From Williopsis jadinii (taxonomy: Eukaryota): a stretch of DNA of 64,000 bases. The notes under the pieces were generated by a model. That model saw only the letters and a list, made by a program, of their open reading frames with translations, ran no database searches and was not told where the DNA came from. Made by a program: the position numbers and the translations under genes. Below are positions 58,955 to 64,000 of this stretch, in pieces. The stretch spans positions 930,001 to 994,000 of the forward strand of contig AP024665.1 of assembly GCA_024346625.1 (NCBI GenBank), written 5' to 3'. The first letter of the stretch is position 1; the number at the start of each line of letters is the position of its first letter.

Positions 58955-60347
58955 TGTTGCTGGTTTGGCTAATTGAACAGCAGCAAAACAGTTGATGGCA
59001 CAAGAGATTAAAAGTCCCCAAATACCCAAAGCAGGTGTCTCGATGGCAAATGTGACCTCCAAGGGCAAAAGCAATTAGGGCATGAATGTCATAATAATAT
59101 ATATTTTTGCTGGTACACGCAGCTGGCCCACGCTGGTGATTCATACTTTTTCCTGCCCAGTTAGCCCAATTCGCCTCTTTATGCCCGCGAACTCCGTGCA
59201 ACGCTTCAAGGCTTGCATTGTTCACTAGCGCACTCACGAGCTGGAAACTACAAAGGGCTCTAGGGGCTCCAATTGGGAGACCATCACATTGACCAACATT
59301 GTTCTCTATGTATCTTTCAGTTGGCGTGCAGAATTCTAACCGATAGAAACTGACCCTCCCCTCCACTGAGGCTCGAAAGAGCTCCTTGTACTGTAAGCTT
59401 TTTCAGAAGCGGACTTAGGCGGGAAACGTTGGGGCCCAGTGGGAGATGTTTTTTTTTTCGTTAGAGCCGTTTAGACCCGCTCCACTGATTTCTTTTACGG
59501 TAGCGATACAGATGGTCTGAAGCTCACCTGTGTGACCCTACAAACTCTGGAGTAAGTTAGAATGCTGTGCACTCTAACCCTGCTAGCTGTCCAGCTTCCA
59601 TTGGCACGTATCAATGCGCTAGCGGTGTAACGGGTTTGCGGCACTGAAAGTGCAACATCGTACATTTGTCAATCGTACAGTATTAGTCATCGTCCATTCA
59701 GATGAAACCTCGAGCATGTTCTCTGTGTGCTGTGCCACACGCGCTGTAATGGGTAACGCTTAGATGGAGTGTACGTATCATTTGTGGCTTACCAAGTTGC
59801 AGATCCATGGCTTGTTCCATCAAGTGGGTACAACCTGTATGCACTGAGTTGTGTCCGAGCTTGACTGCATTGCAAACGGCCAGGCAGAAAGTGTCAAATA
59901 GGGGACACAACTGCTCAGAGAACAGCACTCAACTGCTCTAGCAACACCGTACGATCAATTCAACAGTTGGATATAAAAGACATCTTTGCAATCGCTTCAT
60001 GGCAGTTGGTAACTAAGCTATGCCACGACCCGGGCATATCCCGGTATAGGCTACAAAAATGCTATAGCCGCTTGCTGCGAAGTACTATCCCCAGCCACAG
60101 TGCACATCGTTCTCTTTCTGACTCATCGCTGCTAATTCCCCAGACTGTGGTTCCGTCATTGCGATGACTTCCCAGCAAAACAACCGTGGTGCACTGACCA
60201 GTCCTGGGGGAGAAAAAAAAGGGCAGCACGTCTTGTGTAAAGTACTCGACTGTTGATGAAATGTTTGCCGCTGATATAAAGTGAGTTGAAGCACTTGATG
60301 ACGACACCTGTTCTGTAATTTTTGCCATCCAATCTAGCACTACACGG

Positions 60348-61679
60348 ATGAAATCCCTTAACTTCAACTTGAAGGATAGACTCACAAGGGAGGAACTTGT
60401 AAAGTTCCTCCTATGGTTCAAGAATTTCTGCATAAAGCAATGGTTCTTTATCGTGTTGGCGATATTCATTGGTATTGCTAAGGCAGCTCCAAACTTTGCA
60501 CGCCAACATGGGCTCATAAGAGCTGAATACACTATAGGGTATGGAGCGGTTGCTGTGATTTTCTTACAGTCAGGATTATCGATGAAGACAAAGGATCTGC
60601 TGAAAAACATGGGCAACTGGAGAGCACATATCACCGTGATGGTGATCTCCTTTTTGCTAACAAGCTCTATAATGTTCGGGCTTTGTTCGGCCATCAAGAG
60701 TGCTAACAACGGTCACATAGATGAGTGGGTGCTTGTTGGGCTGATTGTCACTGCAACTTGTCCAACTACAGTGTCTTCAAATGTCGTCATGACAACACAG
60801 GCGAACGGGAATGCCCTGTTATGCCTGTGTGAGGTATTCATAGGGAACATGTTGGGAGCCTTTATCTCACCTGCCCTGCTACAGATGTACACCTCCAACT
60901 CTTCCTGGAGCTTTGCCAACCCTGCCAATGGTAACAGTATCGAGCGGTTATACGGTGATGTGATGAAACAGCTTGGGCTGTCCGTCTTTGTTCCTGTGTT
61001 TGTTGGACAGCTGATTCAAAATTTATTCCCTTCACAGACTAAGTGGTTCCTCACGACGTTTTATTTCAACAAGGTGAGTAGTTTCTGCTTGCTTCTCATT
61101 ATGTTTTCCTCCTTCTCAACGGCTTTCCATCAACACGCTTTTGAATCGATACCTAAGGCATCTGCGATTTTCCTGGTATTCTTCAATATCGGTATCTATC
61201 TATTCTGGACGGGGATTTGTTTCCTATGTTCGAGGCCTTTCTTCATCCCCATAATCTTCAAAGAGAAACCAACCACGGAGTCGTCAAGGTTCTATACTTG
61301 GAGCTATAAATTCTTCAAACCTTTCTACTACAACAGAAGAGATACTATCTGCATAATGTTTTGTGGAGCAGCAAAGACCGCAGCATTGGGTGTATCTTTG
61401 GTTACTGCACAGTATGGATCCCAATTTGAGTACTTGGGTAGACTATTGGCGTCGTTGGTTTTGTATCAGGCTCTTCAGGTTATCACAGCACAAGTGTTGG
61501 TTCATTGGTTCAAGAAATGGGAGAAGAAGGACCATCCCGAGGATGCTCCAGGCGATGAAGAGATGGCGAAGGGAGGGGATCAAGCGTCTCACAATGACTT
61601 GGAACTAGAAGAAAACGAAGAAGATGGTCCTCTCGAGGTTAAACTGAAGCAACGCCCACACCAGGTTGAAGGTGTATAG
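60348..61679 (+). CDS. RCH1: SLC10A7-like bile acid:Na+ symporter family protein Rch1
   Basis: KQWFFI, IFLQSGLSM, CPTTVSSNVVMT and FCGAAKTAALG motifs; near ARP9 as in S. cerevisiae. Confidence 0.88.
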   Translation: MKSLNFNLKDRLTREELVKFLLWFKNFCIKQWFFIVLAIFIGIAKAAPNFARQHGLIRAEYTIGYGAVAVIFLQSGLSMKTKDLLKNMGNWRAHITVMVISFLLTSSIMFGLCSAIKSANNGHIDEWVLVGLIVTATCPTTVSSNVVMTTQANGNALLCLCEVFIGNMLGAFISPALLQMYTSNSSWSFANPANGNSIERLYGDVMKQLGLSVFVPVFVGQLIQNLFPSQTKWFLTTFYFNKVSSFCLLLIMFSSFSTAFHQHAFESIPKASAIFLVFFNIGIYLFWTGICFLCSRPFFIPIIFKEKPTTESSRFYTWSYKFFKPFYYNRRDTICIMFCGAAKTAALGVSLVTAQYGSQFEYLGRLLASLVLYQALQVITAQVLVHWFKKWEKKDHPEDAPGDEEMAKGGDQASHNDLELEENEEDGPLEVKLKQRPHQVEGV

Positions 61680-61878
61680 AATTTGCATGTCGATTATGAC
61701 CATTCGTTACGTGTTTGGTTTGGTTTTCATATAAATCATTAATATTAATACATACTAAAACTCACGTCCATGCCCTAGTTGAGGATTAATTAGTCCTATA
61801 TAGTACAAGCCCAAAAGATTGGTCATCCTAACCAATCATATACACACCAATGTCGAAATCCAGTTCGACATGGAAAAG

Positions 61879-62271
61879 CTATATTGTGCCTCTAATTCTT
61901 CTTGCCAGCTGGATGTCCTTTTGCATAATTGTTACCCTCTTTGCGTGTAACGCCAATAGATTTGTATCCTCTAGTAGACTGACGAGATATGCCTCTGAGG
62001 CCTCCTGCAGCGCTAGCAGAGCAACGCTTTGCCATCTAAACACAACATTATTCGATATATCAACGTACTGCTGAGCAACTTCACGTACAACACGAGCAAA
62101 TGGAAGCTTGGAGATGAGCAAGTCTGTGCTTTTCTGAAAGTTGCGGATCTCTCGAAGCGCTTTAGTCCCCGGTCTGTAACGGCGCCTCTTCTGTTCTTTG
62201 GCAATTGGATCACCTGGTTGACCTCTTAGTCCCTTCGGTACACTCTTCAATCCCTTAGGTACGCGGGCCAT
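61879..62271 (-). CDS. CSE4: Centromeric histone H3 variant (CENP-A/Cse4), 130 aa
   Basis: Histone fold with CenH3 hallmarks: lengthened loop 1, RWQS instead of RFQS, divergent N-tail. Start at ATG 62271. Confidence 0.9.
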   Translation of the reverse strand: MARVPKGLKSVPKGLRGQPGDPIAKEQKRRRYRPGTKALREIRNFQKSTDLLISKLPFARVVREVAQQYVDISNNVVFRWQSVALLALQEASEAYLVSLLEDTNLLALHAKRVTIMQKDIQLARRIRGTI

Positions 62272-62399
62272 CGTATAGCTTCCAAGATCAATTCGGCAGT
62301 CTCTTCCAACACAATAGAAACCCAATAACAAAGAACGAAGCAAAAGAAGAAGAAAAGACCTCCATGGGATGAAGGAGGAATCAGAAATGGCTGGTTTTG

Positions 62400-62498
62400 A
62401 CGCGTAACATAAAAAAACTTACCCAGATCGAAAATTCCCAAAAGGGTAATGAAATTGAATAGTTACCCTGTCCCTGCCGGAATAGGAAGTTTTCGCGT
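62400..62498. promoter_or_regulatory. MCB/SCB-like G1/S elements in the CSE4-ARP9 divergent promoter
   Basis: ACGCGT at 62400-62405 and TTTCGCG at ~62491-62497. Confidence 0.5.
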
Positions 62499-62632
62499 TA
62501 TTGTGCAAAACTCAACGACCGAGCGTATTCCTCGGGAGAATTTGTATACGCAGGCCAAACATCAACAACAACAAACAACAACAAATAAACAAACAAACAA
62601 ATACGCAGCGGTAAATTGTTTGGGAAGGCATT

Positions 62633-64000
62633 ATGGCTCCATTTAACGAGAATTCTTACTTGGTAAGTGAGACGTTTCATCTTGTGCTGACACGATTTAC
62701 TAACGAGCCGCCTGTGCTTTCTGAAACAGATCATTTCCCCTGGTTCCAATACCACATTGGTTCAGTTTGGCCTTGGTGAGTCCTACTCTCCACCAGATAT
62801 TGAGGTTCCTACGGTAGTGTACGCACATCCTACGCTGCCAAATGCCTTTGTATCGAAGGGCGATGCCGGTAGTGCAAAGATCCACCCGATTATAAAGGGC
62901 GAGATCGTCAACCTGGCGGCTTTTAACTACTTCATCAAGTTGTTGTACAGATCTGCGCTCAAGACCCGACCAGAGGTCGTTAACGTTCCAATGGTTCTTA
63001 TTGCATCCTCACAGTGGTCTAAAATCGACCAAGAACGTATAACACAGTATGTTTTTGAAGAGATTGGGATTTCTGCGTTCACCATTCTCCCTGCTGCTCT
63101 TGGTACTATTTATGCCTATGGCGGGTTGCCAACTGCGTTGGTTATTGACATTGGCGCTGAGAAGACTGAGATCGTTCCAGTAGTGGACTATTCTGTATTG
63201 AACAGTGCAAAGTCTGTGATTCCATTTGGTGGTGATCACATAAATGAGACTTTAAAACACCTGTTACCTAATCTGTCTGCTCAACAGATTGAGTCCCTGA
63301 AGAGAAGTGATATCTACGAAGCATTAAGTGATGAGGATAAGAAGAAGTCATTCTTCGGAATCGATGCATTGGATAAAGATAAAGATGATGAATTTGACGT
63401 TGCTGCTATTGTCACTTCAGGGAGAACCAGGGAGATCTTGGAAGAACGTGAAAAGCAAGATAAGGAGAAAACACCAAACTCCCAATTGGAAAACAACACG
63501 TTCATAGACGAATCAGGTGAAACGATAACTGTTGGGAAAGAGAGATTCAAAGGAACTGAAGATTTAATCCAAAAAATATCACATGGTGTATCCGAATCGT
63601 TGAAGAGAATCTTGGATCTTCATAAACGTCAAGATGCCTGGGATCACATACTAGTCACTGGAAGAACTTCCAGAATTGTTGGTTTCCTCGAAGCATTGAA
63701 TACTCAACTGGTTGATGACCACCTAGTGGGTAAAGATTTACACCAATCATCCGCAGCACAGGCAGCTTTCCAATCGACTGTCAACAGTAATGTTCAAATT
63801 TCACAAGTCCCAAACTCTATAAGACTGGGTAAAATGCCTGAGTACTTCCCTGAGTGGAAGAAGATTGGCTATTCAGATGTTCAATTTCTCGGGGCTGAGA
63901 TCTTTGCCAAACAGATATTTTCAAGTGGTAATGAAAGCATGTACGTGACACAATCTGTATATGCCCAAAATGGTCCAATGGCACTATGGGACTTGGCGAT
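62633..64000 (+). CDS. ARP9: Actin-related protein Arp9 (RSC, SWI/SNF); exons 62633-62662 and 62730->64000 (runs off window end)
   Basis: Join reads MAPFNENSYL|IISPGSNTTLVQFGLGES; 67-nt intron GTAAGT...TACTAAC...CAG; later PEYFPEWKK motif. Confidence 0.9.

Overview
Eukaryotic, gene-dense budding-yeast chromosome segment (Saccharomycotina). CUG reads as Leu at conserved positions (e.g. Lsm4 M-L-P), so it is not the CTG clade. It encodes a respiratory complex I subunit (NDUFB7). Together with short introns and an 8-nt TGGGTGTC repeat, this suggests Phaffomycetaceae (Cyberlindnera/Wickerhamomyces-like); that assignment is inference. About 30 protein genes are present: AFI1 (partial), YRA1, COI1, a PMP47/ANT1-type carrier, ORT1, a SOU-type reductase, BUD21-like, NDUFB7, a GATA factor, ART10-like, CDC27, TMN3, LSM4, PBP1, RIB4, two ATO/ADY2 transporters, PIS1, RIX1, a DUF676 lipase, an EamA transporter, DPH5, PFA5, TAG1-like, ILV6, three tandem Hap1-family Zn2Cys6 factors, RCH1, CSE4 and ARP9 (partial). 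Nine of these are spliced and are mis-called or missed by the ORF track. Highlights: an snR45/U13-type snoRNA (18S acetylation guide); a GC-AG intron needed to rebuild a zinc cluster; a tandem HAP1 plus two heme-motif-poor paralogs; AAG 3' splice sites; an interstitial telomere-like array; a very short-tailed CENP-A; and a ~5 kb gene-free, AT-richer interval that is a regional-centromere candidate. All gene names come from recalled similarity, not from database searches.
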